Shown here: piece by piece, positions 1 through 15,587 of the stretch
Numbering within the stretch: position 1 is the stretch's first letter
Layout: each line of letters starts with the position of its first letter
NCBI RefSeq assembly: GCF_009914755.1
Contig: NC_060931.1
Strand: one strand, 5' to 3'
DNA: 64,000 nt
Source of the DNA: the human T2T-CHM13v2.0 reference genome, Homo sapiens
Notes under the pieces: model-generated
What the model was told of the DNA's origin: nothing
Databases searched by the model: none
The model's input: only the letters and a program-made list of their open reading frames with translations
Program-made: the position numbers and the translations under genes

Positions 1-36
1 TAAGGAGCTGCCTCGACCATCTGCCAGTCACTTCGC

Positions 37-54
37 TTCCTGGTCAGGGAACCA
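37..54 (-). other. Retroviral primer-binding site for tRNA-Glu (HERV-E/Harlequin)
   Basis: Minus strand reads TGGTTCCCTGACCAGGAA, 5 nt after the LTR 3' end. This is one mismatch from the tRNA-Glu PBS TGGTTCCCTGACCGGGAA. Proviral internal sequence continues off the left edge. Confidence 0.85.
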
Positions 55-59
55 AGAAA

Positions 60-517
60 TGCAGCAGGATGAGTCACAGATAAAACTCCTCACACACCAA
101 GTTAAAGAAGGAAGGGGTTTATTCAGCCAGGGACATTGGCAAGACTCCTGTCTCAAGAGCTGAGCTCCCTGAGTGAGCAATTCCTGTCCCTTTTAAGGGC
201 TCACAACTCTAAGGGGGTGCACGTGAGAGGGTCGTGATTGAGCAAGCAAGGGGTACGTGACTGGGGGCTGCACGCACCGGTTATTAGATCGGAACAAAAC
301 AAGATAGGGATTTTCACAGTGCTTTTCTATACAATGTCTGTAATCTGTAGATAACATCACCAATTAGGTCAGGGGTCGATCTTTAACTACCAGGCCCAGG
401 GTGTGGCACCAGGCTGTCTGCCTGTGGTTTTCATTTCTGCCTTTTAGTTTTTACTTTTTCTTTCTTTGGAGGCAGAAATTGGGCATAAGACAATTTGAGA
501 GGTGGTCTCCTCCCTTA
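60..517 (-). mobile_element. LTR2-family (HERV-E/Harlequin, ERV1) 5' LTR
   Basis: Minus strand starts TAAGGGAGGAGACCACC...ATTGTCTTATGCCCAATTTCTGCCTCCAAAG, contains AATAAA and ends ...CCTGCTGCA, followed by the PBS. Confidence 0.85.
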
Positions 518-792
518 ATCCCAGCACTTTGGAAGGCCAAGACGGGCAATTCACTTGAGGTCAGGAGTTGGAGACCAGACTGGCCAACATGATGAAACCC
601 CGTCTCTACTATTTTTACAAAAGTTAGTCGGATGTAAGGTTGGGTGCCTGTAGTCCCATACTTAGGAGGCTGAGGCAGGAGAATTCGCTTGAATCCAGAG
701 GTGAAAGTTGCAGTGAGCCAAGGTCATGCCACTGCACTCCAGCCTGGGAGACACAGCAAGACTCTGTCTCCAAAACAAACAAACAAACAAAA
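518..792 (+). mobile_element. Alu lacking its first ~28 nt, cut by the ERV insertion
   Basis: Begins ATCCCAGCACTTTGG directly at the LTR boundary. Right arm and (CAAA)n tail are present. Confidence 0.8.
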
Positions 793-1260
793 CCTCTAGC
801 TTGGGATTGGCCTTCTCTTCTATTATTTTTCTTTTTAAAAAATTTTTAAAAAAATAGTTGTTGATGCTATGTTGCCCAGGCTGGCCTCAAACTCCTGGCC
901 TCAAGTGATCCTCCTGCCATGACCTCCAAAAGTGCTGGGAATGTAGGTGTGAGCACTGCACCCAGCCTTGTGTTTTTTTTCTACATAAAAAATAATGCAG
1001 GATTGTCTTCTAGAGCTAATTAATATATATGTTCAAATAACCAAAAGCCCATTGAGGAAAAATGTCACATGACAGCAAATAATCAATCCAGACCAATATG
1101 ATCACACTCGCTGTGAAGGTGAGAAAACTTCATCTTTATTACGTTTCCCCAAGAGACGCACTGCATTGTTCTCTTGAAAACACACAGCTCATGTTCTCCT
1201 TTAAAACACACATCCTCTTTAAAGTAACATACAAACATGCCAATACAAGGTAAAAAGTTA

Positions 1261-2080
1261 CATCTGAATTCTCACATTTCAAAAACATACAGTAAACATC
1301 AAATAAAAATTTATTTTTATAAGAATTTAGGGGAACTATCATGTAGCTGTAAGTGTAGTACATATATTAAGTATCATAGATAAAAAGAGTGCTCCCTTCA
1401 GCAGCACATGTAATAATAGATACAAAGATTTAAAGATAAAGATTTAAAGATAAAAGATTTAGGATAAAAAGAATGCTCTCTTAAAAAGGAAAACAAAATT
1501 ATATTTATGTGTATATAGCAGCTGTAACAGCCATCTCACAACTTTATAGGAACAGTGTCTATTCAAAAATACCAATATTTTCAAAATATTTAAAATAAAT
1601 GTAGTAATAATTCTTCTAATAATGCCCATCTTTTTCAAAATCAATAAAATATATAGTATATATTAGACATGTTAGTATATATCTAAGATGTTAAAAATCA
1701 CAACTGAATTCTCACAATTCAGTCACAAATCTAAACAGCAAATAAAAATGTGTATGACAGGAATTTAGGGGAACTACCAATAGCTATAAATAGAAGAGAT
1801 TATTATGGAAGTATCATAGATAAAAAGTGTACTCGCTTCAGAGGCACATATAATAATACAGAAAACAATTTAAAGATAATAAAAGATTTAGGATAAAAAG
1901 GATTCTCAAAATGAAAAGAAAATTATCTTTATGTATGTATAACAGCTGTAACTCTCATCAAAAAATCTACAGGAACAGCATGTTTTCAAAAGTACAACAA
2001 TTTCCAAACTATTTGAAATAAACCTATTAATAATTCGATGGCCAACATTTTCCAAACCAATAAATGCATAGTGTGCATGA
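1261..2080. repeat. Diverged two-copy tandem duplication (~440 bp period) in the SPDYE 3' UTR
   Basis: Anchors CTGAATTCTCACA (~1264/~1704), GAATTTAGGGGAACTA (~1323/~1761), AAGTATCATAGATAAAAAG (~1369/~1809) and AAAAGATTTAGGATAAAAAG recur in the same order. Confidence 0.85.
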
Positions 2081-3406
2081 AGCTGTCTGTTACAGTCTAT
2101 GACACTCATATTTCACAAAGAATTCTGTGCCTGAGTGTCTGCACTGTGCCTTCAAATGCTCCTGGACTGTGGCAACCAAGTCCGTAAGAAACAGGACCTC
2201 CAGGTTCCACCCCAGGGAAGTTGGAATTCAGCAATATAAAAAGGGAGGTGGTGCCGCAGGAAGGGGTGGAAACAGAAACACCCCTGGTTTCTTACTGTTC
2301 TCTGTGGATTCCTAGAAGTACCACCCCCCCCCCACCCCCAGTCCTAGGACGACAACGTGATCACTCTATTCGGCTTCATCTAGAACAGTCCAGGTTCTTC
2401 TAGATGATCTGCACAAATGGCTCCTCTCCTTCTTCCTGGTGCCTGCCATTAGCATTGGAATAAAGTTCCTGATGAAAATCCGCATCTCCCCTGGGCCCAG
2501 CATTCTGGAAGTGAGAAAGAGGATGTCACACTTCAAGGAGGCAGCTCTCTAGACAGGAAGGTTATTCACGTCCCATGTCAAGTCTAAGTAGAGTTCAGAG
2601 CAATTGAGAAATCCAATTTTATCTCCTGTCCTTCGTTCCATAGCCTGCTTCTGAACCATTATGTTCAACCGTGAAACTCACACTTTGGTGACCCTGACTC
2701 CAAAACTCACTTAATACACCCAAGGGCAGCCCCAGTGATCTGCTTCATAGCAAGGACTTTGCGTGGGTCTGCCCAGGGAGTAGGGCACCCTCAGAGAATG
2801 TGGCTTTGGACTTCATCACAGCTGGGGCCTTTTGTGTCACTTAAGATCTAAACTTGTAACCATGCTAGATCTGTTTCTAATGTGACAACATCACGAACCC
2901 TGAGTCCAGAAGCCTAATCCATAATCCTACCTCCTCATGATGAAGTCTCATGCTCTGTGCTCAATGTGGTTAGCTGCACGAGATGTAAACCAAAGCTTCA
3001 CTGAACCCTCGACCCAAATCGGTAACTCAAGTGCGTCAATCATAATGAACCTCCCCAAATTCAGTATTTATGATTATTTTTGAGTCAGGGTCTCACTCTG
3101 TCGCCCGGGCTGGAGTGCAGTGGCAGGATCAGGGCTCCCTGCAGCCCCGACCTCCCAGGCTCCAGCGATCCTCCTGCCTCAGCCTCCTGAGTAGTTGGAA
3201 GTAGAGATGCCTCCCACATCGCCTGGCTACTTTTTGTATTTTTGTGGAGAGGGGATCTTGCCATGTTGCCGAGGCTTGAAGCCAGATCAAGCAGTTGGGT
3301 TCCTCAGATTTCTGAAATAGACCCCAATATTCTGCCTTTACCCCAGAGGACACAGATGTACCTTCTCTCAGGCCGATGACCTCAGGCCTCCACAGTCCCT
3401 GGAGCT

Positions 3407-3466
3407 CTAGGAAAGGCGGGCCCGATCTCATGGCCACACCCAGTGCTCTGGGTCATAACCCTGGAT
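3407..3466 (-). pseudogene. SPDYE last coding exon (IQGYDPEHWVWP*DRARLS*)
   Basis: Acceptor TTTTTCCAG|ATC. A CGA>TGA stop lies at 3428-3430 and the ancestral TAG at 3407-3409. Confidence 0.88.
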
Positions 3467-3588
3467 CTGGAAAAACAAATGCCCCTTAAGAAGATGGGGA
3501 CTCCCCAGGATACTCCTCCCTCCCCTCATCCAGCCTCCAGCCCACCCGATTCCTCCCCACCTCCTCCATCTCCCCAGGCCCCACCCAC

Positions 3589-3757
3589 CTCCTCCAACTC
3601 CTCCGGGAAAACCCAAGCCCTGCAGCGCACGGAATGGAAGAACTGGAACCAAAGCTTGTGGGACAAGGCTATCTGAGAGCAGTTCTTCCCGTACAGGAAG
3701 TAGAAGATGTTTTGTTTGGGGGTCTCGCTGTCCTCCTCCATGTCATTGGTCAGGTAG
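3589..3757 (-). pseudogene. SPDYE exon ([25 protein letters not shown]...EELEE)
   Basis: 169 nt with CCCAG| acceptor and GAG|GTGGG donor. Speedy box C-terminal half. Confidence 0.9.
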
Positions 3758-5764
3758 CTGGGAACAGAAATCAGGTTACTGCTCAGGGACACCACCAGGA
3801 GAGACCTCCAGCTGAGGTCAGCTTCCCAGAGAGGAGGGCAGGGGACCGTCCTCAGCTCAGGACGGGCACCCACCCTGCACAGAGCCACACCTTCCTCAGG
3901 AGGGCTCTGCTGGACAGAGACCTGCTGAAGGGCGTCTCCCACTCCTTCAGGATGGAGACAAAAACCCAACTGGTGGCCGAGAGTGGTGGCTTATGCGAGG
4001 AATCCCAGCACATTGGGAGGCCGAAGCAGGAGGATCACTTGAGGCCAGGAGTTTGAGATGGGCCTGGGCAACATAGCAAGACCCTCGTCTCTATTAAAAA
4101 TATAAAAAATACGCCGGACACAGTGGCTCATGTCTGTAATCCCAGCATTTTAGAAGGCTGAAGCAGGTGGATCGCTTGAGACCAGGCGTTCGAGACCAGC
4201 CTGGTCAACCTGGAGAAACCCCGTCTCTACTAAAAATACAAAAAGCCTGGTGCGGTGGCACACCTGTTAGTCCTAGCTACTCAAGAGGCTGAAGCATAGG
4301 AATTGTGTGAACCCAGGAGGCGGAGGTTGCAGTGAGCCGAGATTGGGCCCCTCCACTCCAGCCTGAGGTACAGCAACACTCTGTCTCAATCAATCAATCA
4401 ATCAATCAATAACTGTCCAGGTGTGGTGGCACAGCCCTGTAGTCAGAGCTAATCAAGGGGCTGAGGTGGGAGGATCGCCTGAGCCCAGGATATGGAGGCT
4501 GCAGTGAGCTTTGATCTCACCACTGCACTCCAGCTTGGGGGACAGGGCAAGTCTATCTCAAAAAAGTAAAATAAATTGGATACATTGATATTTTGCTAGG
4601 ACCCTGCCTTCTACAGGCATCTAGTCTAATGGGACTGGGAGTAATCAGGGCAGATGACCTAATCCCAGTGTCACATTATAATAGGATGTAACTGGAGAGC
4701 TATGGGCATGCAGAAGTTGGAAGATGAGGGAAGGCATCACAGAGGCTGTGGGGTGAACTGACTTCAAGGAATGGGTCCTTCCCTTCAGAACCACATGTGT
4801 GTGGGACACCCAGACAGAAAACACAAACGCAAAGTCGAGTGGAGGGCATTTGGAAGGAGCAGTGAAGCCAAGCCAGGAAACACCAAGATGGTGAGCCAGT
4901 GTGGTTGTAGAGATTGTAGAGAGGGTGGAATTGGCACTGTTACCCTGGCCTCGATAGAGAAAGACATCAGCTAAGGAGGTTGTTCAGGTGGGCAGTGAGG
5001 TTGTTGTGCTGTGGAAAGATGTTCAGGCTGCACTAGGGAGCCCCCTGGCTTGGGGAGAGACTCCAGGAGACCCTGGCAGGGAGCATTTGACAGTGGATTC
5101 GAATGATGCAAGGGGGACCTGAACTGTGGCCTCTGTCGTGGGAACCCGGAGGAGGACGATGGCATTTGCGGTTGATGTGGGAAGGAGAGAGAGAGAAGAA
5201 CCAGAAACGTCTGCTTGCTGGGGGAAGTGTCGTGTCCGCTCCTCCGCTCCTTTTCTTCTCCCCTTAGGAGCAGTTTATGGTTCCTTTTGCTTTATTCTTT
5301 TTTTTTTTTTTAGAAAAAGTCTTGCTCTGTCGCCCAGGCTGGAGTGCAGTAGCTCAACCTTAGCTTACTGCAACTTCCACCTCCTGGGTTCAAGGGGTTC
5401 TCTTGCCTCAGCTTCCCAAGTAGCTGGGATTACAAGTGCACACCACCAAGCCCAGCTAATTTTTCTATTTTTACTAGAGACGGGGTTTGGCCATGTTGGC
5501 CAGGCTGGTCTCGAACTCCTAACCTCAGGTGATCCACTTGCCTTGGCCTCCCAAAGTGCTGGGATTACAGGCATGAGCCACTGTGCCCAGCCTGAGTTTC
5601 TTTTTAGAAACAGTTTAAGAACAAGATAGTATAATCCTGTCTTTTTTGTACACAGAGTAAAGAGGACAAATAGGTGAAAGAATAAATGACAGGCTGGAAT
5701 CTCACCTTCCTCTGCTGTCCCAGGGCGTTGGATACTGATGGATAGGAGTCAGCAAACCACTCAC

Positions 5765-5850
5765 AGAGCCAGGAAGAAATGAATGCGTTGGTATTGCCAG
5801 GAGAAGAGGCTGGCCGGGCTAGAATACGCTATGACCATAGCCAGGAGATA
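5765..5850 (-). pseudogene. SPDYE exon ([29 protein letters not shown])
   Basis: 86 nt with CATCAG| acceptor and |GTGAG donor. Core Speedy box. Confidence 0.9.
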
Positions 5851-6393
5851 CTGATGGAGCGAAGGGAACACAGAGAGGGAGAGGTCACATCTTGGGAGAG
5901 GAAGATCATGGAGATAGTGGAATGGGGGTCTGGGGAGGGGTTGCCCATCAGAGAAGGGTCCTCAGTGTTGGGGTAACTGTGCTCATGTGCAAATTGCGGG
6001 GTGGAGGGGTATTCAAAGGTCGGATGCAAATTCGAGAAGCCGGAGGAAGGGATGTCGGTGATGCTCCCAGGATGGTGGGCTCTGATGGGATCTTTGAAAG
6101 TGTGAGTCTAGGTCAGCTGGTGTCAGGAGGGTCTTTTGTGTGCCAGGCAGAGAACTGTCCCAAAGAGCTGAGAGTAGAGGGGCCAGGAGCTTCAGAGCTG
6201 CGGCCAGACTGTGGCCCATGGCTCAGATCCCAAACGACCTGTAGGAGAGGCAGGGGCCACTCATTCACTCGGCAAGAGACCAGCAGAGTCCTGAGGGAGA
6301 CGCTGGCAAATCATAAAGAAGACCAAGAATAGCCGGGAGTGGCGGCTGAAGCCTGTGATCCCACTAGTTTGAGAGGTGGAGACAGGAGGATCA

Positions 6394-6585
<192 letters not shown>

Positions 6586-7074
6586 TCAGCTAGATACTGT
6601 CTCAAAAAGAAAAAAAAATGGGCACCAAGACTCAAGACTGTGGGAGCTGGAGGGGCACAGTGGCTGATGTCTGTAATCCCAGCACTTTGGGAGGCCAAAG
6701 CGAGTGGAACACCTGAGGTCAGATGTTCAAGGCCAGCCAGGTCAACATGGCAAAACCCTGTCTCTACTAAAAACACAAAAATTAGCCAGCCATGGTGGTG
6801 CATGCCTGTAATCCCAGCTGCTTGAGAGGCTGAGGCAGGAGAATGCCTTGAACTCGGGAGGCGTCGGCTGCAGTGAGCCAAGGTTGAGACACTGCCCTCC
6901 AACCTGGGCAACAGAGCGAGACTCTGTCTCACAAAAAGAAAAGAAAAAGACTGTGGGAGCATCTGGTGGGAGATGCTGGAGGGAGAGAGGAGAGGAACTG
7001 TGGGTTTGGAAGCTGTGCCCTGCTCCAGGCGGTGCGTTGAAGCAGGAACACCGTTCCGTAGAAAACAACCTTAC

Positions 7075-7133
7075 TTTGTCCGACACCCTCAGATCTTTGT
7101 CCCAGACCAGGAGTCTTTTAACGACAGGATCCT
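7075..7133 (-). pseudogene. SPDYE exon ([20 protein letters not shown])
   Basis: 59 nt with CACAG| acceptor and AAA|GTAAG donor. Confidence 0.9.
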
Positions 7134-7324
7134 CTGTGATTAGAGAGCAGATGTCAGCGTGAGAAGCAGGACAGGGTTTCTGTGGGAGCAGCAGAGCAGC
7201 GAGGAGAAGTGTGCTTCCCGGGGGGTAAGTCTCAGGATTGTGGCCGCAGGTGAGGTGGATGGGAGAGGGGAGAATGACTTTCACTGGGCAAGGGACAGAG
7301 GCTCCTGCTCGGAGAGTCCCCTGA

Positions 7325-7846
<522 letters not shown>

Positions 7847-7893
7847 TGATCCACCTGCCTCGGCCTCCCAAAGTGCTGGGATTACAGGTATGA

Positions 7894-8103
<210 letters not shown>

Positions 8104-8282
8104 TAATCCTAATCCTCTATCGTCTCCTAAACGTCCCTCATGAGTGATCACTTCTGAGTCCTCCCGCATGGAGAGCTCACCCACTGGGGGCATATTTTTC
8201 CCATTGGAAAAGTGTGGTTATTGGAAGTTTCCTCTTTTTAGAAAGAACGGGATTGGAGGTGCTCTCTGGGGTGTCCTCCTAC

Positions 8283-8512
8283 CAAGCAGCCTGTTGAAGG
8301 CCTCAGGTGCTCAGGGAGCACGGGTGACACTCGCTGTCACTTCAGCTTCTTCTTGAGCCCACACAGTGTCTCCGCCACCCAGGTCTCCTCAGGCTCAGAG
8401 GCGAGCTCCTTCTCTGGCTCCTCCTCTGACTCCTCCTCAGATTCGTCCGACCACTCCCTCTTCCTTTTCCAGCAAAGGGACCTACCCCAGGGGCTGGGAT
8501 CTACCCCAGGGG
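8283..8512 (-). pseudogene. SPDYE exon (APGVDPSP...LCGLKKKLK*) carrying a nonsense codon and a frameshift
   Basis: TACTCAG| acceptor and TTG|GTAGG donor. TGA at 8337-8339. CAC-CT-GAG replaces CAC CAY GAG, a 1-nt deletion. Confidence 0.9.
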
Positions 8513-8565
8513 CTGAGTAAAGAAACCAGGCCACGGTGTAATGCTTCTGCAACTGACCACCTTAG

Positions 8566-8940
<375 letters not shown>

Positions 8941-9186
8941 TAATGCCCAGCTCAGTTTTGTACTTTTAGTAGAGATGGGGTTTCACCATGTTGGCCAGGC
9001 TGGTCTCAAACTCCTGGCCTCAAACTCCTGGCAGGCCAAGTGAACTGCCTGCCTTGGCCTCCCAAAGTGCTGGGATTACCGGTGTGAGCCACTGCACCCG
9101 GCCTGAATTTCTCCATTCTTCCCACACACCCTTCTCAGGTTCTCCTTCCTGATCTCTGACCTTTTTTTTGTTTGTTTGTTTTTTGA

Positions 9187-9402
<216 letters not shown>

Positions 9403-9521
9403 TGATCCGCCCACCTCGGCCTCCCAAAGTGTTGGGGTTACAGGCGTGAGCCACTGCGCCCGTCCCCCTTCCTTCGTCTTAGTCAATCCTATCCTACCTC
9501 TTCTTCCTCCAGTCCCCTCAC

Positions 9522-9684
9522 CTGATGGTCCTGACATGTCATCATCCACCACCTCCTGGAGGGGGTACCCCGAGGCGCTGGGCTGGGGGCTCTGCTCCTC
9601 ATCCTGGAGGTGTGGTTGATGGCTGGTCATGATCTTTCCCAAAATCTGTCCCATCCCATGGAACCTAGTCTCTATTCTGTCCAA
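9522..9684 (-). pseudogene. SPDYE first coding exon ([24 protein letters not shown]...GPS)
   Basis: The MDRTETRF-type start is TTG at 9684. There is an in-frame ATG at 9654, a CAG|GTGAG donor, and an upstream acceptor CTTCCTAG| at 9824. Confidence 0.85.
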
Positions 9685-11706
9685 GGCCTTCTTCTGGACT
9701 CTGCTAAGACCCAGAAGAGTGTGTTGTCAATTCTCGAGGCTGGGAGAAGTCAGGAGTGGAGAACAGCTCTGAGAAGATGCTTTGTCCACCTGAGCTCCCA
9801 GGCGCCCACAGAGTCCAGTCCTTCCTAGGAAGGTTGGAATCTCTGATGTCATTGGTTATTCCAACCTGGCAACCATTTGGAAGAAAAACACATGTAACTG
9901 CCAGGCTGATCTCTTGTCCTGGGTGAATGGTATCTCCTGCCACTGTCCCAACCTCAGACCACTGTCCAAAAGCATCTTCAGGGTCTCCGCATCCCTCTGT
10001 TCCCTGTCCCAGCAGAGGCTGTGTCCTCTCCACTCAAAGCCTGAAGTATGTTGGGGTCTCCTCTTCTCTGTACATGCCCATTTCAGAGTCCAGTCTGGTG
10101 GGAGAGGGAACAGGGTGGGAAAGAAAACTAGGCTAAGCAGAAACTATGAAACCTTACAAGAGTGAGATGATCATGTACAAGAGATCCCAGGAACATTGAC
10201 CTTGATGAAAAAATGACATCAGAGCACTCAATTTGGCAGAGCTTTTCTGCCGAATGCTTACTGACATTCACTGTCCGAGATTCTATACTGGGGGTACAAG
10301 CGTCCTCTGCCCTAAGGCATCTTTGAGTCCAAGAGACATTTTGAGGCCTGAAAATCATAGGAAAGTGCCCATGAGCTCACACATATTTCCAATGGTGTCC
10401 CCAATTTCAGGGAGTCCATGGATTACCTAAAGCTAGCCTCTCCAGTTCGGCTAAGAAACTCTAGTCTATATATCAAGTTTTGTATCATACGTATTGCTCT
10501 GAACTCAGAAATTTCCCTACCATTTATGGATTCTATGAATAAAATATCGCATGTACAAAAAGACTAAGTCGAAAAATCTCAGCTGTGCACAGTGGCTCAT
10601 GCTTGTAATCCCAGCACTTTGGGTGGCCAAGGGAGGAAGACTGCCTGAGGCCAGCAGTTCAAGATCAGTGTAGGCAACATAGCAAGAGCCCATCTGTAAA
10701 AAAACAAAACCAAACCAAATTAGCCAGGTGTGGTGGCTGGCACCTGTGCTCCACCTACTTGGGAGACTCGTGACAGGAAGATCGCTTGAGCCCAGGAGTT
10801 AGAAGCTGCAGTGAGCTATGATCTTGCCACTGCACTCCAGTCTGGGCAACACAGCAAGACGTGTCAAAAAAATTTTTTTGATAAAAAATAAAAGTTGCAT
10901 GACATTCAGAGACCATCCGAAAAACCTGTGGGTTCCTGGCCGGGCTCAGTGGCTCATGCCTATAATCCCAGCACTTTGGGAGGCCAAAGGGGGTGGATCA
11001 CTTGAGGTCAGGAGTTAGAGACCAGCCTGGCCAACATGGTGAAACCCCATCTCTACAAAAAATACAAAAAATTAGCCAGGCATGGTGGCGGGTGCCTGTA
11101 ATCCTAGCTACTTGGGTGAGGGGGTGCTGAAGAATCACTTGAACTTGGGGTGCAGAGGTTGCAGCAAGCCAAGATCACACCATTGCACTCCAGCCTGGGC
11201 AACAAGAGCAAAACTCCATCTCAAAAAAATAAAGAACTTGTGAGTGAGTTCCCACATGGCTTCGTAATGTGCTGTGGCTCTCCTAGGAGTCTCTCACTCA
11301 TGGGAAAGACACAGACTGAGTGAAGAAGCAGATCCCATTGCTGTGGAAGTCCCATTGTTAGGAAACTCTGCTTTTCTGGAGTTCAAATTTGCATTCATGA
11401 CGCTTTAAACCGTCAGAGCTGGGTAGGTCCTCCTACAACAAAAGAGTTTGCTCTCTCTCTCCTAGTTAACAGGCTTTCAAATATTAGAAGATCAATGTCC
11501 TGACCCCATTAAAATTGCTCTTTTGTGGAATGAAAAGCTCTGATTTAACCCGTCTTCAAGCCTGGTTTGCATATTCCCCTCTCTTCTGGCCACCTTGTCT
11601 AGACACACTACACTGAGGCCGTGCCCATCTTAAATGATGTTGATACGTTGTCAAAAAACGTAGCGAAGCAGGTGCGGTGGCTCATGCCTGTAATCCTACC
11701 ACTTTA

Positions 11707-11967
<261 letters not shown>

Positions 11968-12497
11968 CTAAACAGCCCAGGTTTGGTCTGATATGTTCAG
12001 AAAAAAGCAAAACAGCCACCTCTCGCCTTCTCTTTTCCCGCAGTGATGCAGTTGAATACAGCAATGGCTGCAGGTATGCGGCAGAAATATCATTCAAGTG
12101 ACACAGAAGGGCTTTCCTGGCCAGACACAGCGGTCACTCCTACAATCCCAACACTTTGGTTGCCAAGGTGGGAGGATTTCTTGCAGCCAGGAGTTGGAGG
12201 CTGCAGTGAGCTGTGATCCCACCACTGCATTCGAGGCTGGGCCTCAGAGTGAGGCCTGTCTCTAAAAAAACTCTTCACTCCCCACAAGAAGGGATTTGCA
12301 AATACCAGCCTTTCAGCACGAGGATCACATGGAGGAACATTAAGATATAGATGCTGGGACCTGGCCCTATTGATTGTAATTCAGAAACTGAGGTGGGGCC
12401 TGATTTAACCCCATCATTGGAATCCATTCAGATTTGGAACTCTCTGGGTTGAACAGTGTAAGAGAGATCCTAAGAAAGCAAAGTCACTATGGACTAA

Positions 12498-12707
<210 letters not shown>

Positions 12708-13253
12708 TAGTAGAGACGGGGTTTCGCCGTGTTAGCCAGGCTGGTCTCCATCTCCTGACCTTGTGATCCTGCCCGCCTTGGCCTCCCAAAGTTCTGGGAT
12801 TACAGGCGTGAGCCACCGAGCCCGGCCGTAGACAAGGTTTTCTGAGCATAGTGAAATATGATCTGGGCCTCACTTGGGAGGGCTGTGGCCAGGCCTTGAG
12901 TCCTTGGCTCAGTGAGACTATCTGAAACAGCCTCCAAGCTGCGCTCCCTGCTTCCTTTGCTGTTGGATGACCTCCTCCAGCGGCTTTGGTGCTGATGGGA
13001 ATAAGTCGACCTGCAGAGGAAGTTCAGCCCAAGTCTCAGCCCAGCAGCCTCCCCACACCTGACCGGGGTCTGGTCATGCTGCCATCTCTGCGGTTCTCTG
13101 CAGAGTTGTGGTTTCTGTACCTTGAAGAGAATTTCCCCTTCTGGAACCCAGAAACCCAGTAAACCCTGAGGAAAAAAGCAAATGAAATTACTCTGTGGCA
13201 GGGAGATGGAAAAGAGGCTCTTTGTTTTTGTTTTTTTGTTTTTTGTTTTTTGA

Positions 13254-13466
<213 letters not shown>

Positions 13467-13875
13467 TGAAGCAATCTGCCTGCCTTGGCCTCCCAAATTG
13501 CTGGGATTACAGATGATGTGAGCCACTGTGTCCAGCCCTCACTGTACGGGTTTTCTAAAAAAAAAAAGATTAAATTTGTCTTATTTGCCACAAGGTAAAT
13601 TAACCTTTTCTCCTCTCCTTTTTAAAGAGTATTTCCTTGATAAACGTGGTAATATAAATAACTTTTGTGCCTTTGACATGTATCTAAATCTTTTAAAAAG
13701 GTGAATGAACTTCTTGCCAACACTACAACCCAGGAATTTTTTTTTTTTTTTTTTTTTTTTGAGACGGAATCTCACTCTCACCCAGGCTGGAGTGCAGTGG
13801 TGTGATCTCGGCTCACTGCAACCTCTACTTCCTGGGTTCAAGCAATTCCCCCGTCTCAACCTCCTGAGTAGCTGA

Positions 13876-14106
<231 letters not shown>

Positions 14107-14794
14107 TAGTGTCCCTATCTTCCTGTTGCCTAGGGAGTTTAGCCTAGGCACCTTGAGCTGTTACTACCTGCTTGTCAAGGAGATATGAGAAGTTTTGTTT
14201 TTTCACCGGATACAGGTAATTAACTAGCATGGGTGGCCACCTTGATTTCCAGGTGAATTTAGGATGAGTGTTTAAGAATGCATAGCAGGCCAGGTGCGGT
14301 GGCTCACACCTGTAATCCCAGCACTCTGGGGGAGGCCGAGATGGGCGGATCACTTGAAGCCACACAGAAATCAAAAGAAGGAGTTTGAGTCCAGCCTGGC
14401 CAATATGGCGAAACTCTGTCTCTACTAAAATACAAATATTAGCTGGGCATGATGGCACATGTCTGTAATTCCAGCTACTCGGGAGGCTTAAGTATGAGAA
14501 TCACTTGAACCCAGGAGGTGGGGGTTACAGTGAGCCAAGATCACACCACTACACTCCAGCCTGGATGACAGAATGAGACCCTGTCTCAAAAAAAAAAAAA
14601 AAACATAGCAAGTCCTTTTACATGAGGATGAGTTACCGTTTATCTTGAGAGCGTGTATGCAGTGGATCATGTCTGCCAGGCTATGTAAAAAGGAGGCTTT
14701 GGCTGGGCGCCATGGCTCACGCCTATAATTCCAGCAGTTTGGGAGGCCTAGGCGGGCGAATTGAGAGGTCAGGATTTTGAGACCATACTAGCTA

Positions 14795-15019
<225 letters not shown>

Positions 15020-15382
15020 TCATTAATGGATCACCTGCGATGGGCATCACAGTTTGGTTTAATGTTTATTCAATAATAAAATTGTTTTCTTTATTTTCTG
15101 AATTTGTGGAGAGAATATTCTAGGTTAACAGAAGAATTTATTTATTTATCTATTTATTTATTTAGAGGTGGAGTCTTGCTCTGTCGCCAGGCTGCAGTGT
15201 AGTGGCGTGATCTCGGCTCACTGCAATCTCCGCCTCCCAGTTCAAGTGATTGCCCTGCCTCAGCCTCCCAAGTAGCTGGGACTACAGGCGCGCACCACCA
15301 CACCCAGCTAATTTTTTGTGTTTTAGTCGAGACAGGGTTTCACCATGTTGGCCAGGATGGTCTTGGTCTCCTGACCTCATGA

Positions 15383-15505
<123 letters not shown>

Positions 15506-15587
15506 TAAGAACACTGTTAGAGTTCACCAAAAAATTGTGATGAATCATTGTCCTTATGATCCCATTTTTGAAAACTGACATTTTAAT

